Source: Camelus ferus
Lineage: Eukaryota
DNA: 64,000 nt
NCBI RefSeq assembly: GCF_009834535.1
Contig: NC_045696.1
Location: 62,126,001 to 62,190,000 of the forward strand
Direction of reading: 5' to 3'
Shown: positions 41,735 to 54,667 of the stretch, in pieces
Numbering within the stretch: position 1 is the stretch's first letter
How the letters are laid out: the number at the start of each line of letters is the position of its first letter
Made by a program: the position numbers and the translations under genes
The notes under the pieces: model-generated
Database searches by the model: none
What the model was told of the DNA's origin: nothing
The model's input: the letters and a program-made list of their open reading frames with translations, nothing else

Positions 41735-42490
41735 TCACAACCATTAGGATGGCTACTATCAAAAACTGAAAATAGCAAGTGCTGACAAGGATGTGGAGAA
41801 ATTGGAACCCTTGTGCACTGTTGTTAGGATTATAAAATGGTGCAACCACTATGGAAAACATTATGGTAGTTCCTCAAAAAATTAAAAATATAACTACCAC
41901 ATGATCCCACATTCCTACTCAGGGTATATATCCAAAAGAACTGAAAGCAGGTTCTCAAAGAGATAGTTGCACACTCACATTCATAGCAACACAGCTCACA
42001 ATAGCCAAGAGGTAGAACAACCCAAATGTCTATCAATGGATGAATGGATAAACAAAAATTTGACACATATATACATCTACATATGTGCACACACACACAC
42101 ATATACACACAAGAGAATATTATTCAGCCTTAATAAGGAAGGAAATCCTATCACATGATACCACATGAATGAACCTTAAGGACATTATGCTAAGTAAAAT
42201 AAGACAATCACAAAAAGACAATACTTTATATGAGTTCTCTTATATAAGGTATTTACAGTAGTCAAAATGAGAGACAGAAAGTAGAATGGTGGCTACTAAG
42301 AGCTGGAGGGAGGAGGAAAAGGGGAGCTGTTGTTTAATAGATATTGAGCTTCAGTTTTGCAAGATGAAAAAGTTCCAAATTGTTTCACAACAATATGAAT
42401 ATACTTAACACTACTGACCTTAAGAAAACATTTTTAATGTTTAAAAATGGTTAAGATGATAGATTTTATGTTTTTTACAATTAAAAAGAG
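41735..42490 (+). mobile_element. L1MB-like 3' fragment
   Basis: gtggagaaattggaaccctt, catgatcccacattcctactc, gttttgcaagatgaaaaagttc. Confidence 0.9.
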
Positions 42491-45400
42491 TCGCACTTTT
42501 AAAACCCAGTATTTCCAAACTTAAATGTCCTTTACCATGTTTATAAGGGAAATTATCATTTAACAAAGTAGCAACAAATGAATCAGAAGCCAAAAAAACC
42601 TCAGAAATTGACAGTGTTATTATATAACCCATCTTCATTCTGAAATACCTGCAGAACTATGATAAAACAGTGCATTAAAATAAGCTTGCTATTTATCACG
42701 GACAAAATACACAAATCATGTGACTCAACTCACTAAAGTCTCTAAGGCCAACCTGATACTGAGTCCAGCGTTTCTTCCTGTGCAGAAGGAAAGTAGATGA
42801 GTTCTCTGATCCCATAAATAAACCCAGGAGGTCTAGACTGATACGAAATCTTTGAGGACTACCAAGGAAGGCCCTGTCAGACTGCAGACAAACCTAAGAA
42901 TCAGAAATGACCTTAAACCACTAAGACCTGAACACCAGAGCTTTGACTGTTATCAAACCATATCCAATCTACTTTACTCATAAAATTTTCAAATATAAGT
43001 ATAGAAAATGAGAATACAAAGTCAAATATAAGAACTTTTCAATTCAGGGATTAAAATTAGGAAGACTTTATCTCCCATTTACACAAAAATAATCACCAAT
43101 TTGGGAATAAATTTTAAACAAATATATAGCTCATGGACCCTTTTAAAGCTACAATTTAAATATTCAGCTCTAAATAAACAACTTAGCTGAAACTCAAAAG
43201 TTAGTAAAAAATTCATTGCTTTCAACAATTTTTCAATCTTCAAGCCATCCTTCAAGGATACCACCAAGCATCAGAGCTAGAACAATGATTGTCTTATTTC
43301 ACTGAGGATACTGACATTCAGAATATCAATTATAAAATGCACCATTATTTCTCATGCCACTAAGAATGTAACACCAATGCCAATATACATGTTATAAAAT
43401 GAATCCCAAATTCAGAGGTATTAAAATATTTAAATATTAGTATCTTAAAACAGATGTAATGCAGTATGTGCATGCTTGTTCCTTCCTCTGAATATCCTCA
43501 AGGTACCAGGAACCTTATCTTAGTAATATAGCAACTACAAAGGGAGGGAGAAAAAAAATCATCTCTATAACACCAAAAGTTCTAGGGCCTTACACAGTTT
43601 TTTTAAACGCAGGAAAACAGTCGATACAAACTACCAATTCAAGGAATCAATCAATAAATAATTGATGCAGACTGCAAATCCAAAGAAGTAATTAGATAAT
43701 TCACTATAGCCTAAGGAAATGATTTTCAAACTCTGCAAGTCAAGAACCTAAGCACCACATGCCTTTCAAACAATCAGATGGCCAAGACCCATGTTTCCTT
43801 TAATCCAATGGTCCACAGACATCAGCTCAGAGGATAAAATGTTACCTACTAAAGGAAAAAACGGTTAACCCAGAATTTTTCAGTACATACTATGAACAAT
43901 GGACTATAGTTTAGCTTAGGCTAATTTACGAGCTTAAGTACATTACCACGCTGTTTCAAAACAATGCAAAGCAAAAAAATCTTACTGACCTAAAGATTTT
44001 CAAAGAAAAGCAATAAAGGTTAATAAATTAACCCAATTTCAGCACACACAAAAAATGCATTTATTATTTAGTAGTGTCAACAATTAATTCAATTATAGTA
44101 TGAAAACACACAAAAAAAACTCTACTAAATTTACCCGTTTCAAAATTTCTAAAATCTATTACTTTTCTTACACCAAAATCTGACACCACCAATCTATAAA
44201 ACTTTAAATCTAAATATCAAAGTAAATTCACAATCAATAAAATTATACAGAACAAAGAAGATTCACAAATATAACTCAGAATTAGAAAACTCTATCAGAA
44301 TTTAATTATGAATAAGAATAAACACATTCAAAACAGGCAAGACAGACTACATTACAAAAAAAAATCCTCCCAAACTCAGCAAAACTACCTCCAATCTATG
44401 AAGAAATCTAAGTGTAGATTCTGTGTGGTTACTTCACTAATTTAATTTTCTTACGTCACAGATTCCACACAGAGGAGTCCATCTATTTAAGTCTATGTCT
44501 ATATGTAAAAGATGTACAAGTCACACTATTTTTTTCCTAAACAGTAACCCTTCTAAATAAAACATTTCTAGCTTTAATGTTGATTTAGAAAACTAAATAA
44601 TTAAAAATGATTTTTCCTTTCATTCTTGTTTTTTCAGAGGAATCCAATTTGATCATCCATTTGGACCTTAAACCTCGAGCTTAAAAATTCAGGTTTAAAA
44701 AACGTCCAAAAGTTTAAACAAAAAATTACCACAAAATGTTGGTAATTTCTGAAGATGGGTGACATATATAGCAGTTCATTATACTGTTCTCTCTATTGTA
44801 TATGTTTCTAAAAGTCTATAATAATACTAAATTTTTAAAAATTATTCAGGTGTATTGAGTGATCTTCTTTAAGGTTTTCTTTAATTCTAAAACTAATTTA
44901 GTAGAGTACCAATTTACCAGTAAGTTATTTGACATGATACACTAACTTGAATGTAGTCCTCAAATCACATCAAAAGTTACTCTATCAACAGAAATAAGGC
45001 TGTAACTACTAGGAAGTGACTAAGGAAAAAACTGTAATGCAATGAAGTGTATGTCCCATTTTAATATGTTATACAGTCAATGACTAATAAAAATACATTT
45101 CATTCTTAGAATTGAAAGGGACAAATTTTCCAGTTCATTAGTTTGTACACTTTTCAAGGTACGTAGGGGAGACGGCCAGAGACAGATTACCCTTTTTTAT
45201 ATACTGGGGATTGTGTACAAATTTTAAGATTTTGCTTAAAAAAGGATCTTGCTACTTTTTAGAAAAATGCTTAAAAACCACTGTTCCATTGCACCCACAT
45301 GCTACAGCTAATAAAGTGACTTAGAAAAGATTAAATTACTTGTACTATATCATTTAATCAATGGCACTATTAGGAACAGAATTCAGCACTCTTCAATTTT

Positions 45401-45974
45401 TGTCAAGTTCTCCTTTAAAACAACGCACCATCTCAAATTTAAGTTACAGTTAAGAATAAAATTCTGTATCAATATTTTTCTCTGTAAAATAAGATTTGAC
45501 AAGATCATCTCTAAGATCATTTTCCAGGTCTAAAATTCTGACTCCACAAATGCCAAGTTCAAACAGAGATCTATATTAAGGGAATGAATCCATAGCAGAA
45601 CTCTTCAAACATTTTTAGGGACTCTAGAGAAATACAAGTCAAATACAGAAACAAGCTAACAGTTATTCAGTCATTACTTTTTGGGTCCTAAAACATTTTT
45701 GTAACTTCATCTTTTAATGCTAGGATGGGAAACTCTTATCAAAGACCACGGAAATAATCATACTGAAAGTTTTTTGGTTTTTTTTTTTTTGTTATTTGAT
45801 ACTTTTGGAAAGGAAACTGGCCTAAGTATCAAAATACACAACTCCCTGGATGTTCAAGTTACTGAATGCCTCACAGAGTACCAAGTATAACACTCTCTTA
45901 AGTTTAAAATAAATGAATTCAGAGAAGCATAAGGCCTAACTGACACACAATGGTCACAAAGTTTTAATTCCCAC

Positions 45975-46106
45975 CTATTAAAGCCTGAAAGAGGTTGCTC
46001 TGAAATATGTTAATGACTCGTTCTATGGAACTTCTGAGCTGTCTGTCTTCAGTTTGGCTTAGTTTTGAACGATAATCTTCCAAAAGGTGCAATGCTCTCT
46101 GGGTAT
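45975..46106 (-). CDS. DLG1: DLG1 exon 3, L27 domain: [44 protein letters not shown]
   Basis: 132 nt, polypyrimidine tract + cag acceptor, ATAG|gtggg donor, open frame matching the known SAP97 N-terminus. Confidence 0.98.
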
Positions 46107-46783
46107 CTGAAGAAGAAAAAAAAAAAAGTCTGATTAAAATTACATATATACAAGAAAGTACTACACACTAGCTATGCAGCAAATGATTCTGCAAGATATC
46201 TAAACAGCTCCCAAATCCTCCGTATCAATCCATGCTACTCTGTTCATATACACATATATATTCCCTAGAATGATCCAAAAAATTGTAAACACATCACAGT
46301 AGATAAAGGTGAACAGTTCGTAATAAGCATGTACTAGTAGTCTACTACAAAAAAGATCATTTTATCAAAGTATTAGTAACAGTTCCAGCTGATACTGATA
46401 TACAAAAGCAGATTATCTACAACCTGTCATTATAATCCAAATATTAAGTGTTCCAAAACGACTAATTCTTAGCCAGTATCCCACATTCACTTACAAAATA
46501 GTATTTAGTAAGAATGATAAAGTGAAATACTGAAACACCAATACAGAATTTTTAAAAAGACATTTCAGAGGAAAAAAGTTAACTGCCTCTCCAGTCACCA
46601 GAGAGACGTCAAGAAAAAAAGTTTGACAAACATTTAGGTGTTTCCATCTTTTGAAATGATGGAAGGCTGATTCCCTAAGTACTAAGGCTAGGGCTGTGCT
46701 ATCTCATCAGTTACACAAACATCTTTAGAACAAAACACACAGAAAAACAAATGACACAAAAGAATTCCTACATAAATTCTCAC

Positions 46784-46802
46784 CTTGCTTCCGGACCGGC
46801 AT
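46784..46802 (-). CDS. DLG1: DLG1 exon 2 coding part, MPVRKQ(D); whole exon 46784-46833 (50 nt)
   Basis: Acceptor ...gttcgtaaag|GTGTGTGCCC, AAAAATGCCGGTCCGGAAGCAAG|gtgag donor; phase 1 matches the next exon. Confidence 0.97.
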
Positions 46803-47059
46803 TTTTCTTCAGAATCAGGAAGAGGGCACACACCTTTACGAACATAAAACAGAAAGGAAACAGAACTCAAGAAAATAATAGAATGGTGGTTAAACTAGTC
46901 ATTCCCCTAACTCTCAAATCGAAAAACCCCCAGCCCTATTTGAAAAGCCCACCTGGCAAAGTTTTCCTAAGTAAAAGGAAGAGCCTCAAAACCCAGCAGT
47001 GTCAATCAATCTAGAAAGCTTTTACCTAGGGGGAGGTACGCCTGCAAATTAAGAGCAGA

Positions 47060-48400
47060 CAGAAGAAAGATTCCAAATTCTCCTCGAAAGCCGCCCCCTC
47101 TCCAAAAGGGCACTAAATGTCTAGACGTGGGGCCACCCCTCCCCCGGCGTAAGTATCCATACTCCCCACCTGCTACGGGGGGGATGAAAAGGCGCTCCGA
47201 TCCTTGGCCCCTAAGTCAGCAGCGGCTGTAGAGCGCTAGAAGGGACCAAGTGGACTTATCACCCCGCCCTGCCTGGGCCCCCTCCTCTCGCTTGCCTGTC
47301 TCCTTGCTCGCTTCCTCCGAGCTACTCCAGCGGGGGCCGGACGGGGCAGCGGCCGCTCTCCGCGACGCCCTCGCGCCCCACATGCACACCTCCGCGGGCC
47401 CCCACACCTGCGGCGCCGCCACAAAGTTCCTGCGAGTGGTGTGCGCTCGGAGCTGGGGTGCGCCCCGGACCGTCTCCGGGCGGCTCCCCCTCCCTACCCA
47501 GCTCCACGTCCCCCCGCCCTGGCCGGGGCTCGAGGAGCTGAGCTGAGGGGGGTGAGGGAACGGGGGAGGAGCGCCCCTCGGCTGCCGCACCCCCGCTGCC
47601 GCTGCCTCTTCCTCGTCCTCGGCCACCGCCGCCTCCTCACTCGCCGAAGCCCGCAAGCCCGCTAGCCCCCTCTCCTAGCCTAGCCGCCCCACCCCCAGAA
47701 CCTCGCCTCCTTCCGCGCCCCCAACCGCTCTCCCTCTAAACTTTCCGCCAAGATGGCGGCCCTGGAGCTGGACTGCCGCGCCCCCACGTGACCGCTTTCC
47801 CGGCGCTCTCAGCCAATGGGAAGTGAGGAGGCGGCTCGCTCCGAGCCCCGGGCTCTCAGCGCTGCTACCTTTGGGTTGGAAGGAGGAGGAGGACCAGGAG
47901 GGGGGTTGGGGAACGCGAAGAGGAAACCAGGGAGCACCCAAGTGAACCTCCTCGCTTAAATGGGCGGCTACCGAAGTGGCTCTGAGGACAAAGGACTTGA
48001 CACTCAGACTCTACAGGTGGTCCGAGGGGCCCTGGAAGAGCCCGCTTTTACCTTGCCCTAGCCCACCGGTGTGTCCCCCGGTTCTGAGCGAGTAGCGCGC
48101 CAGGCCTGGTAGGGTCAGGGTGTCGAGAGACGTGACCTCACCTACACCAGATCCAGGACACTCATCCCAACACACCCTTTAACCCCACTAAACACGTGCT
48201 GTTTTCAACTCCACGGCATAAGTGTGCCCCCGGGGCTGGATCCCCAATCTGGAAAAGCGTTCTCAGGGAGGAGTCGACTGTGCCACCCACGATAAGGGGC
48301 GGGAAAGGGCGGAGCCTGGAGGGGGGAAGAGGGAGGAGTGTGGGCCTGGGGGTAGGGGGAGTGCCGTCTCTGCACTCTTACACTTTGTACTAATTTTTTT
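47060..48400. promoter_or_regulatory. CpG-island promoter of DLG1, probably bidirectional
   Basis: Abrupt GC/CpG enrichment in an AT-rich window. YY1 motif CAAGATGGCGGC 47749-47760, E-box CACGTGAC 47785-47792, CCAAT at ~47813, GC box GGGCGGAG ~48307, G-rich tracts 48320-48360. Confidence 0.92.
48052..48209 (-). other. DLG1: DLG1 non-coding exon 1 (beta-isoform 5' UTR); TSS approximate
   Basis: Minus strand ends ...CCGGTGGGCTAGGGCAAG|gtaaaag (consensus donor), lies in the CpG island, and resembles my recollection of the human DLG1 5' UTR (GGATCTGGTGTAG...GGGCTAGGGCAAG joined to GTGTGTGCCC). Confidence 0.75.
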
Positions 48401-50019
48401 AAACTGACTGTTAGCCCCTCAGTAAAAGTTTGGAGGGGGGCTGGGATTGAATTAAAGAAGGGTAGGTAAAATAGGAAGAATTGGTTAATTTGATAAAAGT
48501 TTGAGGGTTTTACTAGAGGATTTTTAGGTCTAAGTGATTAATTCCAAGTGTGAATGCATTTGAGGACGGGAAGAGAAAAATCTGTTCCTTCTTTCAGTCA
48601 CTCATACATTCCTCCTTGCCTGCAACCCCCGTCCAGTCATCAGCCTCAAGTATTACCCAAGCCCTAGCGGCCTCTTTAAGAACTCACCTGTAGCTTCCAC
48701 CACCCAAACTCAAGCCGAGCCGTAACTCAGCTGGCAAGGCTAGTTTTAAGTTTTGATTGCACCTGGGAGCGGACTACTGGCCGGCCAGGACCCTGCTCCA
48801 GGACTGAGCCGCCCAGGTTGACGAAAGAGAATCGGGAAAAGCTCTCCAAGTAACTGCCCAGGTTCAATTCTCTTCTGTGTAACAGGGACCTCCCTGTTCT
48901 GAGCTTCAGAGAAAATTTGCCTAAGGTCACCCAGAGTTAGTAATAAAACTGGAAACACAGAGATCGTGTCTTTCAAAACCAGAAGTCTCTTCCTAGTAAA
49001 CCAGCCTTTCACCAAGACAGTTTCCTTGAGCTAATAAAGGGACGTCCTGGGAACCTTGTACTGTAACTGTAACAGTTGCTGAGAGGTGTGCTGACCACTG
49101 GGTTTCACTTTTGCATTGCACCTTGGAATCCTGACTTGTGAGAACCCAGAGACTTTACAGAGTTCGTCTAGACCCACTCGCAGTTTAAGGTAAAGCGAGG
49201 TCCAGGAGAAGCAACTTGTCCAAGGATATAAAGGCTAATCAGTGACAGTAACCCAGAATTAGGTTTCCTGGCTTCAGTCCAGGGCTCCTTCCACTGTGAT
49301 TTTGGACAACTTGACAGTAGCATGTTGGTATATTAGCAGCATATCTCTTTATGCTCTCCTGCATCATGGGAGCATTAGCAACAGTTAAGCGACATTTCAG
49401 AGAATTGGGATGGAAAAGTAGAAGAAAGCTCTTAAAGGTGAGGAGCTTAAATAGAGAGATGTTTTAAAATAGTGAAATGAGGGGTGGTGGATAACAGTGA
49501 AAATGGCTGATGACATAGCATGCTATTAGTATCAAGACTTCATTGATGAACTGTGAATGAAATGGTTCTGCTTAAGGGACCATTCTGAGAATAGAATCTT
49601 CAGAATTTAGGAGAAGGAGGGAGAGATTTCACCTGCCCCCTACTATCATTCATTGCTCATGTATGTTCACTTGCCAGGGAATGGGATAGAAATAAAGATC
49701 CAAGACCTGCTCTCAAGAACCTGCAGTAACAAATGGATAAAGTCCAGTGCAGCTTTTCCCAGGGGCCACTGAAAGTCAAAAACAAACTTGTATGAATTCT
49801 CAATGTCATCCTAGTCCTTCCCTAAAAACAAAGAGAAGGGGGAGGAGGAAAGGGAGACAAGAGGACATGAAGCCCTTCCTTCTTATCATTTTCTAGCCCT
49901 ATGTGGTCATCAGTGCACAGATAGGAGTGAAGCTAGCATTTGTTTTAAACTTGGGGGCCAGGACAAGTCCAGGCCCAGGATGAGGGGCCTTTACTCTTCG
50001 TTCCTCTCTTCTATCCATC

Positions 50020-50538
50020 TGTATTAGTTACCTATAGCTGCATAACAATTTCCTCAAAGCTTAGTAGCTTAAAACTCAGTAGCTTAGTAATTAAAACAGC
50101 AATAAGCATTATCTCACAGTTTCTGTGAGTCAGAAATTCAGAAGAACCTTAGCTGGATGGTTCTGCCTTGGGGAGATTGCACTCAAGATGTCTACAAGGG
50201 CTGCGGTCATCTGAAGGCTTAACTAGGATTAAAGGAGGCTCTTTCAACATGGCTCCCTCCTATGGCTAGTAAGTCGATTCTGACTGTTGGCAGGAGACCT
50301 CAATTTCTCACCAAGAAGTTCTATCTATAGGGCTGCTTGATTGTCTTCATGCATGGTGGCTGACTTCCTCCAGAGCAAGTGTTCCAAAAGAGCAAGGCCG
50401 CAGCCACAACATCTTTGATGACCTAATCTCGGAAGTAATATTCTATCATTTCCACAATATCCTATTAGTTACTTAGGTCAGCCTCAAGGGGATAGGAGGT
50501 AAGAATCATTAGGGGCCCTCTTAGAGGCTGGCTACCAT
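50020..50538 (-). mobile_element. MaLR solo LTR (MLT1F/G-like)
   Basis: tgtattagtt.cctat.gctgcataacaa...tatctcacagtttctgtg.gtcag..attc...ggctggctacca. Confidence 0.85.
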
Positions 50539-53500
50539 ATCACCACAACATACAAATCAATGACATCTGGATTTTTCCAAACAACTTTTATTTCCTTGAA
50601 GCCTTCCTTACTATATGCAGGTAGCAGCTGCCATCGACTAAGAACCAATATGGGATCTGATTACTTTTCCAACCTCCTCATTAAAAATAAAAATAATAAT
50701 AATAATAAAATAATAATAAAGGTATAAATTTTCCAGCCGTAAGTTCATTTTCCTTTCAAATAGCTTAAAAGGCTTAGGAGTCAAAGGACCACAGGGAAAG
50801 GCTCAAATCTCCCATTCTACTGAGATGTCAGAGATTTCATTCTCAAAAAATACTGTCTCTCAGTTTTAAACCTTCCGTTCCCAATAATCCTTCTATGCAA
50901 GCCACTCTTATTGCTCCTCATCTCCGTCTTTGTTCTCTCCACCATCCAGATCCCCAGCCTATCTTCTGTAAAGGTACTTGGGTCCTGCCAGACTCTACTG
51001 CATCTTTAATTCTCAGACTGGCAGAGTGGCAGTGTGCTTCCTCTGCCAAGGGAATCACTAAAAGGAAAGGACTTGATGCTGTCAAAAACACTTATGTCAG
51101 CTTAGGCTGCAAGAAGAGGAACAGTGTTGAGAATTATTGAAGTGACCAAGCTTGTTTACACCTCCAGGAAGAGCTCAGGGGGCATTTCCTCAGGGGGCAG
51201 CACACTTTAAGAGGTATCTAGACAAACCAGCGTCCGGAAAGAGGAGAGTAACCAGAGCAATCAGGGATATGAAACCTTACCCCAGGGAGAACAACTGTAG
51301 AATCTAGGGTCATATATTTCAGAAAAGAGAGGAGTTTAGGGAGCTTGACTTTAATCTTCAAACAGGCTTATCCTGTGTATCCAGCGGGCAGGACTAAAAC
51401 TAATGGATGAAAGCTACAGGGGCACAAGAAGTTCTTCTTTAATGCAATGTGTCAGAACTGTCCAAAATTCCAAAGAACTGCCCCATGGTGGTAGGCGTTT
51501 CCCATCAAGAAGCTAAAAGAATCTAGCAAGGTGTCCTTATCAGAGGGAGGTAGATACCCCAGACAGAAGACTGGACTAAGTAACCTTTGAGACCACAATT
51601 CTAAGTGCTTGGAACTTCTGTCCCTGCTGTGGTATTAGTACCTTTTTATCTACGTCAGGAATCCATTCTATCCAGCTTAAGTGGTACTGAGACTGACCTC
51701 CTTCTGCAAAGATAATTCTTACCAGAATAAAAAGTACAAATTGAAACCAATTCCCTTTAAAATGTGGAGAGTTGCCCACCTCCCTGATAATTAAGCACTG
51801 ACCTCATGTCTTTTAACAGATGATCCACCCTCAGATTTCTTTATTATGCCGTAATGGGTTCCTAAGTGGGTATGGGACAAATAACAGCCTCCCATTTAAA
51901 CTGGTATACTCGTACACGGCCACAGACCTTCGTATATTGTCCAAAGGCAGCTTTAATTCATTGTAGTCTCACAGCAACCTCTGAGAGAAACTTATGATCT
52001 CCCACTTGGCAGAGGAGGACACTGAGGAAGAAGGAAATAAATAACCCAGTCTAGGAAGCCTCATCTAGCTGGTAATGGAGCTGGTGCTGATGGTTAGTTT
52101 GTTTGTTTTTTTCCATTAGACTATGTTGCCTTTTCTCTACTTGACTCCTTTCTAAAATAACAAACCAACTAACCAACCATTGTGTGTGTGTGTTGGAGCA
52201 GGGGGCGGGTGTATGAAAGACAGATTGGAGATAGAGTCAGAAAGACAGAGAGATACTAAGAGAGAGAGAAGAGAGACACTGAGAGAGATTCTGATAAAAT
52301 AAAGCACAAGCAATAGGCTAGTCTGTTACTCGTTTATCATATATTTGAATGCTTTTAACAGTGTAGACAATTTTAAGGGAAATATGAATGTCGGCTCTGA
52401 CCACAAAGAAATAAATATCCACACCAAACAGAATTGCCTGAGAAATAAAAGACCAGTAAGTATAGTTGAGCAGTTCACAATGAAAGTTAGACTGAGCCAT
52501 CAGGAAAATGTAAATCAAAACCACAATGAGATCAATGAGATACAACTTCACACCCACTGTTATGACTAAATGAGGTGGTTGGGTTTTTTTTTTTTTTTTA
52601 ATGCAAAAGTGTTTATTTAGAGCACTCTGTAGCTTCCTTCTCTCCTTCCTTTACCTTGACTAGTATCCTTGAGTATTAACAAGAGGTTTCACAGATGTAT
52701 GGGACATGCGGCATGGAAGGGCCCTTAACCACCCACTAGTGCCATCCTCTCACTTGACAGATAGAAGGACTCCCAGACAGTATCAGCACACAATTATCAA
52801 AAGACTTTTCCCTGATAGCAGAATGCTACTGGCATTTCAGGAATAATCAATCCTCATCTTGGCGGGGAGAGGGAGTGGGAATTAGTAATATTTTCTAAAG
52901 ATATATTTCTAAGTTTAACCAAATTTGCCTTTCTGCTTATAAAGAATTGACAGGTATTGGCAAAAATTGTAGGATCTCATATTGAAATCCTTAGGATTAT
53001 ACTCAGATCTCTTTATGTGTGAGACAGACTCCTCACCCCACTCCCTGCCAAGAGGACTACCAGGGTCTATTCAAAGAAGGCTCTGGGTAGGGTAGGGCCC
53101 CTTGGTCAGATTATCCTTTCATAGGAAACTTAATTGGAATTTGAAGAAACACTACTAGAATTTTAGGAAGTCATTTGTATTCCATTTCTGAGAGGTGGCT
53201 TGTCTAATAGAATTCTGATAAGCAAAAGAATCCAAAAGATTCTTCATAATTGGACATGGACTGATTCCCAGTGACCAATCTCCTTTAGCATAAAAAACTG
53301 CCACATTCTTCCAAAAGCTTTCTGTGCCAGTCTTTCATTTTTGGGAAATGACACTTGCTAGAGCTGTAATTTTCCTGTTCCCCATGTAGTATAACCTCAA
53401 ATTCCTTTCTTATTTCCTTTTATTTTAAACTCACCAGAAGAACGATAAAGACAAAGAATCATTTCAATCTTAATTTCAATTTCCTTTAAATTGGATTAAT

Positions 53501-54599
53501 TTCTTCCAAAAGATAAGTTTTTCAACTGAGATTAGTTATTTGTGGTCGAAATAGTCTTTATAAATATTTGGGCTACAGTTGAGGAAACTTCCAAACATGG
53601 TTTTTAAAAACTCTGCAAAAATTCCCCGAGTTGGAAATCATTTCAGATTGCAAATCACCATATGAATAAAGAAAGCCAAGCCCAAAGTAGGTGGGGGATA
53701 ACAAAATAATAGCTACAAAACAGAAATTAAAAGTGGGAGGACATTATCAATTGCTAATAAAGTTGACTTAAGTAACTTAAGAATAAGGAAAAAGCATGAA
53801 TAAGAAATGCTACCGTAATAATTTAGAGAAGCTTAGATTCAGGGGAGTAGAATAAAAGTATATTGATTTTCCTTTTTCTCTCAGAAAATCACTCCCCAAA
53901 AATTAGAACAAAAAGAAACTTGTTTCTCCATCCTCAGTGAAAATAAGAGTGCTTAGTAACCCCAAACAAGACAGAAAGTAGTTGGAGAATTGGTTAAATT
54001 CAAGTGCCTGAGCTGGGGGTTAGGGGAGTGGGGGAAAAAAAGGTACAAAGGAAAAACAAGCAGGAGGAAAAATATGTGTGTGTGTGTGCGCACGCAATGT
54101 ATTAAGATATTCTGTATGGTAAATACAAGATTGTTCTATTTGTCCTCTATATTTTTGTAAATATTTGAAATACTTCTTAGTTAACAATTTAAATCTAAAA
54201 AAAGCAGGTACACTTGTCTTGAAGAACCCTAAAAAAACTATAAAGAAATAGAGGCTCCAGATACCACTGAAGACGAGGTGCAGTTAGGTACGGTGAAGTA
54301 GGAGCTGAAAAAAGGAGAATGATTAAATACTTATGTAAGAAGTTAGATGCTTGGTTCCCACACATTCAGACAGATGATCACCTTCCCCTACTACTCCAAA
54401 AGACAAGAATTTTATTTATTGGAGAAAAAGAGAGGTTTTAGATTTGGGGACTCTAGACACAGAAGAAGGTGGTAGTGAGTTATAGTAGTAAAAACAGGAG
54501 ACTAAGGGAAAATTGGCACATTAAACATAGAGATTCTCCCTCACCAGTCCACTTCCTCCTTCTAGATCCAGGAGCTATAGCTGGGCAGATATCCTTCAG

Positions 54600-54657
54600 A
54601 CAAAACAAACAAACAGAAAGACAAACAACAACAACAACAACAAAAACAAACAAAAAC
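54600..54657. repeat. Compound (CAAA)n/(CAA)n microsatellite; other simple repeats at 4774-4794 (CA), 22155-22182 (TTTTG), 23329-23344 (GA), 50685-50720 (TAA)
   Basis: Seen directly in the sequence. Confidence 0.85.
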
Positions 54658-54667
54658 CAGAATTGCC

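Noticed and set aside
46688..46870. 60-aa ORF spanning exon 2 as an N-terminal extension of DLG1
   Set aside because: It is out of frame with MPVRKQ and runs through both splice sites.
47216..47941. Several 60-146 aa ORFs in the CpG island
   Set aside because: Expected from stop-codon scarcity in GC-rich DNA; low complexity, often non-ATG starts, no recognisable domain.
53300..53650. Possible hAT transposase remnant
   Set aside because: Only tiny peptide resemblances; no terminal repeats or open frame.
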